33,064 nucleotides of DNA from Candidatus Roizmanbacteria bacterium (GTDB lineage Bacteria; Patescibacteriota; Microgenomatia; UBA1406; GWC2-37-13): positions 1-33,064 of the forward strand of contig JALWZV010000088.1 of NCBI GenBank assembly GCA_027002315.1. Direction: 5' to 3'. Both the position numbers and the translations under genes were made by a program. This document shows, one piece after another, positions 31,929 through 33,064 of the stretch (position 1 is the first letter of the stretch; every line of letters starts with the position of its first letter). The notes beneath the pieces are model-generated. The model had not been told where the DNA came from and made no database searches. It was given only the letters and a program-made list of their open reading frames with translations.

Positions 31929-32128
31929 TCAATTTTTAAGTGTTTGATTTTGGGGTGTGGAAAACTTAGAAATAAAAACTGTTCTAAAGTATTACGTATT
32001 GCATGCTAAAATGTCAACATAAAACCATTACATTTACTTTGCTGAAAGGGGATGGTGTTATATCTAAACGAGATGCCTAATGTTGTTAAAATATATATTT
32101 TTTAGGATCTTAAAGTTGGATTAATATC

Positions 32129-33064
32129 CTAGTATAACAATCCAAAAACATAAAGAGGAACGGCTAACTTCTGAGGAGCGAAAGGATAGAGAGCTAAAAT
32201 TTTATTTTTAGTTCTAATACCTTTAAATTGTTTCTTTCTTTTTGCTTTTCCTCCTACTTCAATTACATATTCCCTGCCCTGCCAAGTTATATAAAAATCT
32301 GGGGTCTTGCGACCCCGCTTTGTTTTAAGATAATTTACTTTAATATCCAAAACCTTTAATTGATTTACTAGAAAATCTTCTTTCAAAGTTCCAATTATCT
32401 CTGGAGTTTCTTTGCCAGAGAGATAAACCCTAAAAGGAAGATTTAGCAAAACTTTAGGCTCTTTCAAAACGTTTCTTCCAATAGGCCAAACACGTTGCAC
32501 CAAAAAGGCTTTCTCCAAAAGTTCTAACAATCTACCCATTTTATATTTGCTAATCTTAAAATTTTGGGCTAGTTGACTAACGCTAATATCTCCACCAGAA
32601 ATTTGACTAAGGAATTCAAGTATTTGCTTAAGCATTATTTGTTCACCTAAGGTAAGAGCATGTGCTCCAATCAAATCTTTGCTCAAAATTCTTTCAATAA
32701 TATTAAGAATCAATTGTGACGTTTTATCTTCAATTTGCGAAGGAAGAGGAAACTTAAGATAATCTAAAAAATAGCCTTCAAGTTCGAAATCAGCTTTAAA
32801 GCTTTGGCAGGCTACATCCAAATCAATTTTATCTAAGGTCTTCTTTTTGGCCAAAGCCAAATACTCACGAAAACTTAAAACAGGTAAATCAAATACTTTG
32901 ACCCGACGAGAGAGATCTTCTTTTGCTTTAAGAATGTTTAGAGAAACAGAACTTGTAAAAAAAATCTTGATTTTTAAGATATCATAGATTTGTTTAAGAT
33001 AAATAGACCAACGAGAAAGGTAGTGAATCTCATCAAGTAATAAGATTTCTATCTTGTAGCGTTC
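32129..33064 (-). CDS. AAA-type ATPase with DUF4143 domain (N-terminus outside the window)
   Basis: The ORF-track ORF 32129..32860 continues in frame to the window edge: ERYKIEILLLDEIHYLSRWSIYLKQIYDILKIKIFFTSSVSL...RRVKVFDLPVLSFREYLALAKKK. 'LLLDEIH' is the Walker B. It is a paralogue of 19437..20573. Confidence 0.75.
   Translation of the reverse strand, partial: ERYKIEILLLDEIHYLSRWSIYLKQIYDILKIKIFFTSSVSLNILKAKEDLSRRVKVFDLPVLSFREYLALAKKKTLDKIDLDVACQSFKADFELEGYFLDYLKFPLPSQIEDKTSQLILNIIERILSKDLIGAHALTLGEQIMLKQILEFLSQISGGDISVSQLAQNFKISKYKMGRLLELLEKAFLVQRVWPIGRNVLKEPKVLLNLPFRVYLSGKETPEIIGTLKEDFLVNQLKVLDIKVNYLKTKRGRKTPDFYITWQGREYVIEVGGKAKRKKQFKGIRTKNKILALYPFAPQKLAVPLYVFGLLY

Overview
Low-GC, very gene-dense window of about 45 genes, mostly on the minus strand. 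The gene content resembles an ultra-small Patescibacteria/CPR-type bacterium; this is an inference, since no database search was possible. From left to right: (1) the 3' end of an IS1595-type transposase; (2) a cell-envelope block with prepilin peptidase, tRNA-Arg(CCT), TagA-type glycosyltransferase, MreB, a PEGA protein, sortase and a DUF2207 protein; (3) membrane-anchored hypotheticals and a TolB-like propeller; (4) a DUF5674 pair, a cupin and VapBC; (5) a co-directional run of small accessory enzymes: HD, APH-like kinase, desulfoferrodoxin, HIT, DUF2000, RidA, HAD fusion, DUF4143 ATPase, DUF1653, hydrolases and SGNH; (6) an unknown 714-aa + 95-aa operon; (7) a short MscL and tRNA-Ser(GCT); (8) a 746-nt gene-free gap holding two tandem GC-rich palindromic elements and a heptamer tract; (9) an M16 peptidase, an RRM RNA-binding protein, a 623-aa RelA/SpoT-like HD fusion protein, a decayed ORF remnant and a second DUF4143 ATPase running off the window. 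No CRISPR array, rRNA or recognisable defence system was seen. The main observations are: the tandem structured GC-rich elements beside tRNA-Ser; a recurrent TATAAT-N6-9-ATG (leaderless-type) start architecture; three lesioned genes within 2 kb (desulfoferrodoxin active-site Cys->Tyr, HIT in-frame TAG, RidA A9 frameshift); the divergent RSH-like protein; and the uncharacterised 714/95-aa membrane operon. All family calls come from motif reading by eye and need HMM confirmation.
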